From Selaginella moellendorffii (taxonomy: Eukaryota > Plantae > Lycopodiophyta), in assembly GCF_000143415.4 (NCBI RefSeq), contig NW_003314268.1:2558494-2622493 (forward strand): DNA of 64,000 nucleotides, written 5' to 3'. The translations under genes were made by a program, and so were the position numbers. Shown piece by piece: positions 37,063 through 49,161 of the stretch (position 1 is its first letter; every line of letters begins with the position of its first letter). The notes beneath the pieces were generated by a model that saw only the letters and a program-made list of their open reading frames with translations, searched no databases and was not told the DNA's origin.

Positions 37063-39505
37063 GAGCTAAAGACTTTTAGGTGATTGCTGGTTGCTCAGGC
37101 ATTTTACTGCCATCCATGCACTTGACCAGTGCGAGAGCAAGGTCATTAGCTACTTTATCCTCATCTTCCACCCTTTATTGCTTGTCTTTGCTGTCATCAT
37201 GGCAGAAATAAGGCAAGTTGCCTCTATTGTGCTGTGTTCCTCCCAAGCTTGACTATTGCTAGTTGAGAGAATGTGGAAGCTTAGGTTGAAGCTCCTACTA
37301 CTCAAGTGTTGGGCCTTACAAGTGAGGAGGGCTACTTGCTGGAGGGTGGCTTTCTTGATGTTTGTCATACTGTGATTGATCAAGTGGTGGATCTTCTTGG
37401 CCTTTCACTTGGACAATCTTTGAGTCAGAACTTTTTTGTGAGTGTCATATCCCTTGACTTGTCTGGTTGTGGCACCTTTGTCAAAATTGTGATGGAAGGA
37501 GCTGCTTACATCATTATAGACTACTTCATTATTGTCCTCATCCAACGAGCTTGAGAGGAGGAATTGTTAGTGCCACTCCCTTCTCCTTTGCTACTTGGAA
37601 TTTTCTTGGTTCTTCTCATTCTCCATGGTTTTTGTTGGTGTAGATCGTGTTGACTACTCACAAGACTTATCTAGTGTTTTCTGTTTGGCTCTAGGATTTT
37701 TGGTAACCATTCAAGCCTACTTTGAACATGGCATGCCCAACCTCTTTAGTGGAGTTAGTGTTTCTTCCTTGCTGGTGGAGAGCTTGACCACTACAAGATC
37801 CTCATCCTCACTAGTGTTGGTACCATTATTGTAGTCTAGCTATGCTACTTCAGGAGGAAGCATTGACATCAGTCAAACTGTTGGTGGAAAGATTAGCTTG
37901 TATAGTGGAGCAAGGTAGAGAAAAACTATAGTTTTTCATGGCTTGCAACTACTCAGGATTTTTTGAACTCCTCACATGAGATTTAGAAATTTGTTATGGA
38001 TCTGCTCAACCAAATCCATGTACTCTCCTTTATCTAGTAGCTGGTAAAGTCATGCAAGATTGATGTTGACACTCTTCAAATTTTTCTTGGCCTTAAGGAT
38101 GATGGAGAGAAATTTCATTCTCTCCTAATATTTCTTGAAAATCCAAAAGATGTTCATCCTTTTCCCATCTTGATGATGAGATCTTATGCACGTAAATGTA
38201 GTTTATCAGAAATTGGAGGATTGGACGAACTTGCCTCCACTTGGAATTCCCATAGCCTTTGCCATTGTTTCCTCTATAACTTCGAGTTATGTGTGAGGGA
38301 AGATAAACAAATAGGAATCACTGTCTTATGCTTCAATCATCTATTTTCCTTACTCAATGGTGATCAACTCTTGGAAATCAACTGTGAGAGGGAGTATTCC
38401 TTTGCAGCGTGCCCAGTTGACAAGGTTAAGGGTAGTACTCACTTTGATGGGCTTGAGCTACACAAGCACAGCTACCTTTGGTCACTGCATTTCTAGGGTA
38501 AGCCCTAGAAGAATTTCTAAAATTCCTAAGTGTTTTGTTTTAACAAAATTTATGAGCTGCACTTCAAAATACTTGTGCAACTTATTGAAGTTGACAATTT
38601 ATAAAGATTCTTCTACTAAATCTATGATCTTAGCACAACCTTTGGGATTGAGATCTAAGACCAAGTATGGTCCTTCCCATTTTCTCTAAAATTTATCTCT
38701 AAAATTGTCAATTTTTCAAAAGACTTTGTCTCCAAGTTGGATTATATCCTGACTAATTCTTTTAATCTTGCAATCATATCTTGTTTTTTTATGGTTTGGA
38801 TGGCATGGAGTGTCCACAAAGCATTTACCCTTTCTTCATTGAGTTTATCTAGTATTGCTAGTCTCTTTTGAAATGTTTCTTTCTCCCTAAGATTATATTT
38901 TGCAGCTAATCTCAAAGAAGGTACAATATATTTCATTAGTGTAAAAGCTTCAACTCAATATAAGTTATACGGAATGATCTCATTCCAGTGGAAACTCAAT
39001 AGACAACTCTATATCCCAAAGAGCATCAAGAATATGATCATTCCAATCTTTTCCATTTTCCTAAATGATCTTCTGTATGATTGTCTTTAAGACTTTGTTT
39101 GTAACTTCTGCTTGACCATTCCCTTATGGGTAATATGGTGTAGGTTTTCTATGTTTTACCAAAAAATTCTAAATCAAGATTTTGATTGTCTCATTAATGA
39201 AATGAGTTCCTTTTTCAATCACAATTTCTTGAGGTAGTCCAATTCTAGAGATTACATACTTATAGATGAAATTTGCTGTGCTTTTGGCATTAGTATTTTT
39301 AAGTGGTTTTGCTTCCACCCATTTAACTAGCAAATATTTATTTCTCTTGTTGTTTATCATGACTAGTTTAACAAAATTTAAGCCCCATTTCTAAAATGAT
39401 TCATATGGATATATAAGATTAAGTTCATGACTTTGCTTCTTTTGAGCTAATTTATGTCTTTGACATGTGTTACAATCATAACAAAACTTTGCAACATCTT
39501 TCCAA
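37063..39505 (-). mobile_element. Right arm of inverted duplication: gypsy integrase remnant plus downstream sequence
   Basis: Reverse complement matches 20385-20750, 20870-21543, 29137-29471 and 36901-36988. Further integrase motifs lie at 38640-39160. Confidence 0.88.
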
Positions 39506-39685
39506 AATGTTAGCCACCATAAGCCTAATTGAGTCAGGAGCATGATAGCCTTCTATGTCAAGTTGGAGAGCTACTTTTAACTTAGGAACACGCCGAAAAA
39601 GAAAAAGTTCTAGTAGAGTTCCAAACCTACAAGGATGAAGACTATTATGACAATTAGGAAATCAACAACCTCATCAACAAGATTG

Positions 39686-40280
39686 TGTAAACTCATAAAC
39701 ACTAGCCCAGTATTATTCAAACCCAAGGACACTTAACCTTAAGTATCCCAAGATGAGCGATACGAATGTATCAACCTGGAGGTTCAGGGCCTTGCCGATT
39801 TATCTGAGGTTATCAATCGCCATGAGGCCTTCGCCCATGGTACAAGTAGTGGCGACAAAGATCAAGAACATATCAATAGTGAAGATGGTGTCAGAGATGT
39901 TGTAATCACCCCTTAACCAATTAGAAAAGGGGGTGCACTCTTATTTATAGGCCCTTTTCCTCTATATTTGAACCCTATAGACCATCTTTTAAGTCATTCT
40001 CTTTAGTTGTTTACAATCCACTATGCTTCCTTACAAGTTTACGCCCTCGTGAATGGAAACTAAGAGCTGCAACTCTCTCGAGAGCCTTGCTCTCTTAACA
40101 CCCTACCCCTTAGGTCGAGCTCAGCTGAAGCAAATTGGACCTACCAAATGTCAATCAATATGTGGTGTGATTCCCCTAAGCTAACCAACAGAATCAAACT
40201 TGAAACCATTCATGGGCCCTTTTCCTTTATATTTGAACCCCATGGATTGTCTCTTAAGTTGTTTTCTTTAGTTGTTTACA
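39686..40280 (-). mobile_element. Decayed TRIM of the same family as 17442-17635
   Basis: 3' LTR 39686-40015 (330 bp), truncated 5' LTR ~40209-40280 and ~190-bp interior. Near-TSD GATTG/AATTG. The 5S A-box/IE remnant is at ~39705-39740 and most of the C-box region is deleted. Confidence 0.7.
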
Positions 40281-40558
40281 AATTGATCCTTAGCTAATGA
40301 AAGATTAAAACTAGGCAAGAATCAATTGAGCTTTATGGGATATAGGTTTATTCAATTGTGGGGGAATGAAAAGGTTAGGATTTTCTCTTACTCATGAATT
40401 CTTTCGAAGAAATAGTTATTTCTTCATGCTTAGCAGTTAGAGACATATAGTATAAATATCTGGCTATAGGGAAAGCCATGTATCTCCACATTTATATTAC
40501 TTTTGATTAAATTTATGCATATCCTATTTACATAAGAAGTCAAGTGTTCTTTTTTCTT

Positions 40559-40565
<7 letters not shown>

Positions 40566-40593
<28 letters not shown>
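40566..40593. repeat. (CT)n microsatellite
   Basis: Direct. Confidence 0.95.
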
Positions 40594-40595
<2 letters not shown>

Positions 40596-41324
40596 ACTCA
40601 TATGGTGCTATTGCTTACCCATTTCGTTATGGAGATCAAAGAGTGGAATTTCCTTTTTTTTTTCACTATTTCTATGCCCTTTTAGTAGGTAATAAGAGGT
40701 AGAAAAAGTGTGTACCAATGGAATTTGATAATGAGTTCTTTTCAGAAGGACTAAATTGCAGATGCCAATGGCCCAATATAAAATACATTATGTGAAGCTC
40801 TTTGTTAAATTACATCCATAGTTTTCATGCTTTATATTTTGCTCTTACATTGCAATCAATAGGAAATAGTCTTTACACATTACTTTAATAATGCACAGAA
40901 TTGTTGCTAATGCAAAAATATCATACAACTTATTGTGGTTACTATTGATTGTGGTAGTCTATATTTCAATAGTTGTTATTAAGGATCTTTGCCTAGCCTG
41001 TGTTTATTATGGTTGGTGTAAGATCCAATGTATGGACCTTACTTTAATGTGTAAAGACTATTTCCTATTGATTGCAATGTATGAAGATTGTGGGCAGTTG
41101 TTTAAAAACTAGAAACTTTCACAAAAAAATTGAATAATTTCAATACAGTAAGGAATTCTCACTTAAAAGGTAAAAAGACATACAAATAACACCATTCACT
41201 ACCATTTGTCCTAATGTCCAATGTAAGTAGATCGAAAACAACCAAGAAGTTTTTCAAATGTAGATTAGATTCGCTGCGAATATCCGTCTAGGGTTTTAAG
41301 GTTTTTTTGCATCTGCACTAGAAA

Positions 41325-43086
41325 ATGGAGGAGAAGGGCATGGAAGAATGTATGGAAGGTATGGAGTCGATCTCGTTGGACAAGGCACCGCTGGCGTATT
41401 TCTCCAGCAGCGACTACAGGAGCGCCATGGCGGCCAGTGGGGCGATGTCTCCCTCGGCAGATCAGGAGGACGATGAGGACGGTTTTCTTGGAGCTCAATC
41501 AGGGCCAGAACCAGATCCTAGGGTCTCAGATTCATCCAGGGAGGTCCCGATCTCCAGGAACGGGGGAAATTCTTCTCAAGAATTTCTCACAATGGCCGTC
41601 ACGCAGCCTCAGAAGATCCAAGAATCCACGGGCTCCTCGCTGGTTCCCAACATCTACGTGACCTATCTGGTGGTATCGCACACCAACATTCCCGAGTATG
41701 GTGGTACGGAGTTTAGCGTGAGACGAAGATTTCGCGACTTTGTCACGCTCGCCGACCGCCTCGCGCTGGCTTACAGGGGCTACTTCATACCTCCTCGCCC
41801 GGACAAGAGCATCGTGGAGAGCCAAGTGATGCAAAAGCAGGAGTTTATCGAGCAGAGGCGCGTGGCTCTGGAGAAGTACTTGAGCCGGCTCGCGGCCCAT
41901 CCAGTTTTGAGGAAGTCCGAGGAGCTCAGGCTGTTTCTTCAAACGAATGGGAAGCTACCTTTGCAGCCATCCATCGACATGGCCTCGAGAATGCTGGATG
42001 GAGCAGCAAAGCTGCCCAAGCAGCTCTTTGGCGATAGCAGCACCGTGCTGGCTCCTCAAGAGGCGTCACAGCCTGCCAAAGGTGGCAGAGATTTGATTAG
42101 AATTTTCAAGGAGCTGCGGCAGTCCGTCACGAATGACTGGGGGGCGTCCAAGCCTCCTGTTGTTGAGGAAGACAAGGAGTTTTTGGAGAAGAAGGAGAAG
42201 CTCCAGGATCTCGAGCTGGAGCTTACTGAGGCTTCTCAGCAGGTTTGGGTTCCCAAGGCCAGTTTTTCTTTTTGCTCTTAACTTTCTCATTTAGGCTGAA
42301 GCTCTGATCAAGGCACAGCAAGAGGTTGGGGATGTGGTGGGAGATCTCGGACTTGCTCTGATACGCATCGGAAAGTATGAGTCTCAAGAAGCGACTGGCA
42401 ACGCTCAAAAGGTCCACGCCACTGATGTCAAGCGCTTGGCAACGGCAGCAGTGAAAGTGAGCCGCTTCTACAAGGAATTCAACGCTGAATCTTGCAAGCA
42501 TCTGGTAGGTGCTGGTTTTTCATCTGGGAAAAATGTGAACTTGAACTTCCAGCCTTGCAGGACCACTTGCACGATTATCTTGGTCTCATGCAATCCGTGC
42601 ATACTGCTTTTTCGGATCGCTCCAGCGCTTTGCTGACCTTGCAGACACTGATGACGGACCTCTCGGCGATGCATGCTCGCATCGAGAAGCTGAATGCTTC
42701 TTCCTCTAAAACTTTCGGGGGCGATAGATCCAGCAACCGGAAGGTGGAGGAGCTGAACGACTCCATCAAGACAGCGGAGAAGAGCCGGGACAAAGCGCAA
42801 GAGGAGTACGAGCGAATCAAGGTAGTGTGCCTTGTTGTCTCCCTCGATACAGATCTAACGTGGTCTATCAGGAACGCAACCGGAGTGAAATCGAAAACTA
42901 TGAATGCGATCGACAAAGAGACTTTTTCAGCATGCTAAAGGGCTTTGTACAAACTCAGGTAAGTTCTTTCTCTTCTCATCCTGTGTGCTTGAATCGTGAG
43001 ACTTTTGTGTGTAGGTGACGTATAACGAGAGAATCGCCAGTGTGTGGAGTAAAGCCTTTGAAGAGGCTGGTTCCGCCTCTGTGTAA
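41325..43086 (+). CDS. SNX2: Sorting nexin 2 (PX-BAR)
   Basis: PX motif VRRRFRDFVTLADRL..YRGYFIPPRPDKS, with BAR exons following across short introns. Confidence 0.95.
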
Positions 43087-43179
43087 GCTATTTGTTTCGT
43101 GGTTTTTTTTGGTTAATCGACAAATGGAGAAGCAAGAAACTCATAAAGTGGAAATTCTTCCATTTAGACATATTTTTGT

Positions 43180-43590
43180 TTACCAGGGAGCATCACACTC
43201 AAAGTCATACATTTCATATCGCAAGTAACACATATGCCCCACTTCACCCAAGCAAGCAGCAGCACCAATTGCGAGTGGAACATACTTGTCAAACATGGCT
43301 TGGATGTTTCTTATGCATGCCCTGCAGCTATCATACGAGTCGAAACCAACAGGGCAAGAGTAGCAACCATAGGCAATAAATTTTCCACTACCTTCTTGGA
43401 GATAGCCCCCCAAGATCGTCAAGGTGTACAAGCTTGAATACATGAGCTTTAGATTTGCATGGAAAGGATGTCCCTTGCGTAACCATTTGTGATTGTATCT
43501 AAAGGGACTTCCTGCTATTGGACACTTCGGGAAAGTATAAACCTCTGCACAGAAAATTGCCAGTATCAAAAACACTTTCAACAGTGCCAT
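43180..43590 (-). CDS. Secreted single-domain Gnk2/DUF26 (ginkbilobin-like) protein
   Basis: Signal peptide, C-x9-C-x2-C (CPVGFDSYDSCRAC; canonical is C-x8-C-x2-C) and terminal CYLRYEMYDF. Confidence 0.8.
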   Translation of the reverse strand: MALLKVFLILAIFCAEVYTFPKCPIAGSPFRYNHKWLRKGHPFHANLKLMYSSLYTLTILGGYLQEGSGKFIAYGCYSCPVGFDSYDSCRACIRNIQAMFDKYVPLAIGAAACLGEVGHMCYLRYEMYDFECDAPW

Positions 43591-43762
43591 GAGGTTCCGT
43601 GACTAAGTTTATTAGAAAATTAAGAATAGATTAGAACCTCAGATTGAACGCCCAACGAACTCCACAGCTCAGAAGCCACTTGTCGATACTTACACCGCTT
43701 TTCTTATTATTATTATAATCATTATTTGTTTCGCTTTTTTTGTTTTTTTTTTGTTTGGGAAG

Positions 43763-45355
43763 TTACGCTTTTGATTTTAGAGTACAAGTGACTCTGATTT
43801 GTGACTCAAACAAAGCGCCCTGGGCTCCAACGTTTGGTTCCAGTGGCATTCCTTGAACCAATTCCTTTGCGGTATTGAGCTGCCCTGTCCGCCCCAAAAC
43901 ATCCACCATCAGTGAGAAATGCTCCTCCCAATGCTCTAGATTGTGATCGAAGCTCATAGACAAGAACAGGTTACACGCTTGTTCTATGTGTCCCTTGTGG
44001 TTGCAAGCCACCAAACAATTGAGAAACGAAATCTCACTTGCGTCCAAGCCATGGACACACATTCCACGGAAAAAATCCATTGCATGTTCACCATAGTAGG
44101 CCTCGCCGCCAATCAGTGTGTTCCACGATGCAGTGTTGCGCTCCGGCATTGTGGAGAACAGCCTCCTTGCCTCCTCCAAATCTCCAGCTTGGGAATACGC
44201 TGCTAACATCACGTTCCATGAAACGTTATCTCGCTCTTGCATGGAATAGAACGTTGTCTCTGCACGAGAGATATTTCTATCGCCGACATACGCCGCTAGC
44301 ATGGTATTCCACGTCATTGTGTCCGCATCGGGCATTTTTGCAAAAAAGCTCTCCACAGCATCAAAATGCCTGGCCGCGGCATATCCTAAAATCAAAGTTG
44401 TCCACGACACAATGTCCCATTCTGGGCACAAATCAAACCGAGACTTGGCTCCCTCTAAGTCTCCAGTGTAAATAAAAGCAGAAATCACCGCATTGTAGGA
44501 GACCACATTTTTCTCGTGCATGGTTTGGAGGAAACGTATACATTCTACTAGATGCCCTCTGTTGGCATATGCCTGAAGCATCACCGTACACGAGACAAGA
44601 TCCCACTCTGGCATGGAATCAAAAACCCGCTTTGCTTCGGTGAGATCACCTTTCAGAGAAAACGCTTCAAGCATGGCAGTCCAGGCTAGCGTGTTCCTTT
44701 CGGGCATTTTGGAGAAGAGGTCTTTAGCTCTAGCTATTAGACCCTTTTCGCAAAACGCGGCAACCATGGTTGTCCATGTAACAAGCGTCGCTTCTGGGAT
44801 CCATGCAAACATACTCTCGGCGCTGGAGAGATCACCCAAGTTTGCGAATCCAGATACCATGGAATTAAAGACCACGACGTTCCATCTGGGCATAAGATCA
44901 AACAACCTCTTTGCGCTGCTCAAATCTCCCTTCTTTACAAACGCCTGGAGGAGTGAGGCCCAAGAAACAATGTCCCTGTCCGGCATCGTATCAAACAGCT
45001 GTTTTGCCTTACGCAAATGCCCAGCATTGGCATAAGCTGCAACCAGCGTATTCCAAGTCACTCGATCTCGCAATGGCAAAACTCCAAACAGCTCCTCCGC
45101 TTGGGCAATACCTCCATTGCGGACGTAGCCCGAGAGCAGGATATTCCACGAGTGCTGGTTGGGACACTCGAGCGTTTGAAAGGCAGAAAGGGCATCTTGG
45201 AGGCTGCCACACCTGGCATATGCTTTGACGATGAGATTCACGAGCTGGACATGGCGGTGGAGTTTCCTCTCAACTAAAGTTCTCTCTAGGTCTTTCACTT
45301 GCGAGATGGTAGAAGCACGCCCGATCAAAGTGATAACCTCATGGTCCATGTCCAA
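43763..45355 (-). CDS. PLS-class PPR protein rich in tandem 31-aa S/SS motifs, C-terminally short
   Basis: Intronless 530-aa ORF with repeated FDxMPxxDxVSW. Ends early in the E region. Confidence 0.9.
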   Translation of the reverse strand: MDMDHEVITLIGRASTISQVKDLERTLVERKLHRHVQLVNLIVKAYARCGSLQDALSAFQTLECPNQHSWNILLSGYVRNGGIAQAEELFGVLPLRDRVTWNTLVAAYANAGHLRKAKQLFDTMPDRDIVSWASLLQAFVKKGDLSSAKRLFDLMPRWNVVVFNSMVSGFANLGDLSSAESMFAWIPEATLVTWTTMVAAFCEKGLIARAKDLFSKMPERNTLAWTAMLEAFSLKGDLTEAKRVFDSMPEWDLVSCTVMLQAYANRGHLVECIRFLQTMHEKNVVSYNAVISAFIYTGDLEGAKSRFDLCPEWDIVSWTTLILGYAAARHFDAVESFFAKMPDADTMTWNTMLAAYVGDRNISRAETTFYSMQERDNVSWNVMLAAYSQAGDLEEARRLFSTMPERNTASWNTLIGGEAYYGEHAMDFFRGMCVHGLDASEISFLNCLVACNHKGHIEQACNLFLSMSFDHNLEHWEEHFSLMVDVLGRTGQLNTAKELVQGMPLEPNVGAQGALFESQIRVTCTLKSKA

Positions 45356-45427
45356 AACATTGCAGCTAAGTTGTTAGATTATGCCATGACGAACAAAAAG
45401 ATCTTTGGATTTCTGGAAATCCAAGAG

Positions 45428-46327
45428 CTAGAAATCCTTGAGGATGGCCTTGATTTGCTCCAGGGTGACGAACAGCACCACCGAGAATGGCGCCTGCCTT
45501 GTCAAGGTCGGCAAAAATCCCCTGTAGAGAGCCATGGCGCCCTCTCCCCTCACAGTCTTGATCGCGCAGTCCAAGCTCCCGCTATACCTGGCGTCCCCCG
45601 CGCCCACGCTCATCACCCTCGTCTTGATCACGTCCACGGGATTGGACGCCACCGACGCCACAAACCCCGCGACCAAGCTCGCCCCGACGTGCGTCGCCAA
45701 TCCCTCGCGGCAGATCCCTCTCCCCGCCAGGAACTCCTTGCTCTGATCGTAGGTCGTGAGCTGCGCCGCCGTGACGATCATCGCGCGCTGGATCGTCGGC
45801 CCCGACCCCGTCCACAGCGATCCAATCCCTTCCTGCCGCGCGATCCTGGCCAGGGCGTCGCCGACCCCGAGGTATCTCCGCCGCTGCCACACTGGGAGCC
45901 TGCCATCGCCTTGCATCCTCACCAGCGCCACATCCGCGGGATTCCCTACCGCGGCGCCGATCCCTCCAGCGATCAGCCCGGCCGCGAACTTCTTGTGGAC
46001 TGCCAGATCCAGATCGGCATTGCTGGGATCCAATCGCTTCTCTCGCCACGCCTCCTTGATCGCGTCGTAGAGACCTAGCCGCGTGGTGGAGTAGAGCCCC
46101 TGGCGGAGAATGGCCGCCGAGACGCCCGAGAAGAGCGCCTTGGCGCCCTCTGTTTGAAGAACCCTAATCCCGACCGACAGAGGCCCTGTTCTTGCCGCCG
46201 CCGCCACTGGCGAATCTCCCGCTGCGATTGGGAGCTGCATTCTCACCTTGATGAGATCCAGTGGATGCGTCATGGATCCCGCGACGATGGACGCGGCACC
46301 ACCTTCCACGAACGCTTTCCACCCCAT
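45428..46327 (-). CDS. DIC: Mitochondrial dicarboxylate carrier (DIC/UCP4-5 clade)
   Basis: MGWKAFVEGGAASIVAG and three PxDxxK/R carrier motifs. 299 aa, intronless. Confidence 0.92.
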   Translation of the reverse strand: MGWKAFVEGGAASIVAGSMTHPLDLIKVRMQLPIAAGDSPVAAAARTGPLSVGIRVLQTEGAKALFSGVSAAILRQGLYSTTRLGLYDAIKEAWREKRLDPSNADLDLAVHKKFAAGLIAGGIGAAVGNPADVALVRMQGDGRLPVWQRRRYLGVGDALARIARQEGIGSLWTGSGPTIQRAMIVTAAQLTTYDQSKEFLAGRGICREGLATHVGASLVAGFVASVASNPVDVIKTRVMSVGAGDARYSGSLDCAIKTVRGEGAMALYRGFLPTLTRQAPFSVVLFVTLEQIKAILKDF

Positions 46328-46505
46328 TTTTCCTTCCTCCCTCCTGGCGCGACCCTAGAGATCGCGTAGAAGCAGGCGCTCCTCGCTAGAAAATCCAGAG
46401 TCTCTCCAGGAGCTACATCGTGGCTCTTCGCATTCTCCCTCGCGAAGAAGTAAAACGGAGAAAGACCACGAGAGATATTCCATTTCCAGATGCGGTATAT
46501 CCCTC

Positions 46506-49055
46506 CTAGAGCATCGACTTGATTTGCGGTGGAAGGGATTCGAACCCGGCGTGCTTGTCGTTGTCAGCGATGAACTTCGCGAATCGCAAACCTTTGCCTT
46601 GGTTCTTAGGATCAAAAGGAGGCCGAGGAGCGGTTTTTAGAGGATCAACCATCGACCACACGGCAGACAATCCAGTGTCTTTCTTGTCGAGCTCTGAGAG
46701 CAGTGAAAAATCTGGAAGTAAAGATGATCAAACTTCTGCGAGGAGAATTTGATAGCTGTCTTACCATCGGACTCGGCGAACTGGAGCACTGGGCGTAATG
46801 CTGCCGAAGGAATGCTGAAGTTTAAGTATGGGATCACTGTGACTCCACCATGTTTTGCGTTACTGTGTGAAGTAAAAGGAAGTGTAAGCTCTTCTCTGCT
46901 GGAAGAAAAGCGTACCTTGTTACCAAGCCGATCATACGACCTTGGCTGTTAACCACAACGCCACCACTTCCACCGGGATGAACAGCGGCAGTCGTTTGAA
47001 GCATCACAGGTGTGTTTGATTCACACTCTTGCGGGTTTGAAACGATCTCGCGGCTATTCACGACTCGTGAGATAACTCCGATTGTTATAGAGGGTCCTAG
47101 CTCTGCAAGTTCACAAGAAGGAAGTTAACGCCAACGAAAAGCGATTCTTGCCTGTTCGGGGCCCAAAAAGTCCATGGCCAATCACAGCTACTGCTGATCC
47201 AGGAACTGGCTCTGTGGTGTCGACTGGAATTGGTTCGAGCTCGTAAGGCACCGAGGTGAGTTGCAAGAGAGCAACGTCCAGTGGTCCATGCGAGACAAAT
47301 ACTACTGTCGCAAAATGCCAAGAACGTCGCTGTTGGCGCTCGAGACGTACTTGAACGGGTGAATACTGCCCACGATTTGATACGTTGGCCACCTCTATGA
47401 AATCGTCCCGAAGCAACGGATCAACTGTTAACCTTCTGAACCTCCACGGCTCCAAAAGATGAGCATTTGTCAATATAAGGCCCGACTTGTTGAGAAGAGT
47501 TCCTGATGCCCAGCTTCCGTTGCTTGTTGTTAGAAGAACTATTGATGAAAGTGCCATTTGAATGTGCTTATTACTTTGCAACTTCTCGTTGTCAAAGATG
47601 TTGTACATCACGTTGAAACCAAGTTCTTCCAGTTCTGACGCTAGAACCTTGGCTGGTAAGATAAGCTGTTTCAAAAGAAATAAGATAGAAAGATAAAACG
47701 TCTCTACACAGCTTACTTGAACTTCAACTCCAGAACTGCGCTGACGCAGTGGCCTAAGAAGAATCCCAACAAGATTACCAGCAGCATCAAAAACAGGGCC
47801 ACCTTCCATGCCTGTAAACAAGAATTTAGTTTGCAATCACCAAAAAGAAGCATTAAAATCGAACGACCTCACACGATATATCACCAGAGCTCACCAGGAA
47901 GAGCACGGATATCAGCCATTAAAATGAGCCTAGATGACGACGGCCAGCAATTGGAGACATTGCCAACCGAAACGCTGGCAAACAAATTCCAGTAAAACCC
48001 AGTCAGTTGCGGAATGGCTCTCTACCTGTTAAAAAAATGCAGAGGTGATAGCGCACCAAAAGGTGATCCAATTGCTCGGACAACATCGCCTTTGGTACAA
48101 ACACTTGAGAGCATCAGTTCCTGCACAGAATTTGTACTTCAAGTTTTAGGACGAAAGACTTGAAAAGAAAAGAGAAAAACAAACCGTAGTATTTGCTTGG
48201 ACGCTGAGGACAGCTATCCTTGTAAAAGCTGCTGCTAGAGTAGCTGTGGTCTTAGGCACAGCACCCTCTTTGCTGCGAGAAAAATCGCTCTAAAACGCAG
48301 CGCAGCTTAAAATATAAGATAAATTGCAAACGTGAACTTACCACTGTGGCATTCTCCGGACGAGATTCTTGAGGATTTGCCACACTCCAGCCCATTTCCC
48401 ACAACTCATCGCCTCCTTGCACGTCGAGTAAGGATCTCACCGCTTCTGATGCCCGCTTCACATGCACCTGGATCAAACACATGTAGAAAAAAGACCCTGT
48501 GAAGAACTGCTACTGTTTACCAGTTTTAAAATTTGCGCTGGAAGCCAAAGTGGTGTGGATCCAAATTCATTTGAGCTAGGAGGAGCCTGAAACTTTCAGA
48601 AATAAGAAGAAAACAAACAACGAAGAAGAAAGAATGAGTGATTACTTGCAGAAGAACTTCTAGAGTCGCGCCTCGAACGAGTTTGATCGAGTCTTGGTCC
48701 TAAGAGATCGCTGTGACTCCAACTTAAAAGCAATCAAAAAAATTTTACCGCAAGATCGCTAGGCGATAGATACGGCTCCACGATCGAAGCGCAAGTCACC
48801 GCCGCCGCCGATTTTCCAGCGATCGGCAGCAGCAAACCGGATGCCGAGAGAGTAGTCTCGCCCGATCTGTCACGGCTCGTGAGGAGAAATCAAGCACAAG
48901 AACACCATACTCTGATGCGTGGAAAGCATGGCGCAGCATCTTCCGCGACTTTGGATCCTAAGAACAGCGAGAATGCAGCTCAAATCCAGCGCGCGCGCGA
49001 GATCATCACTTACTGGGCCGCGGATTCGCACCATCACAGCGCAGTGCGCCTCCAT
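46506..49055 (-). CDS. DEG15: Peroxisomal processing protease DEG15
   Basis: VMVRIRGPDPK, PGMEGGPV, ILTNAHLLEPWRF, LDVALL and AVHPGGSGG motifs. The spliced C-terminus ends -SML* (PTS1 variant). Confidence 0.9.
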
Positions 49056-49161
49056 CCCCTCGGTAATGATTGATTGAGAGAATTAGGGCTCTTATGCTAG
49101 AATTTCGAGATTGGCTATGGCGTCGTGAGAGGCGCGCGGAAGAGATAAACGAAATCGCTCA

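Noticed and set aside
45299-46078. 259-aa plus-strand ORF
   Set aside because: Antisense shadow of the dicarboxylate carrier.
46525-46550. tRNA-like T-arm (GGGTTCGAATCCC on minus)
   Set aside because: Lies inside the DEG15 last exon, with no D-arm or anticodon arm.
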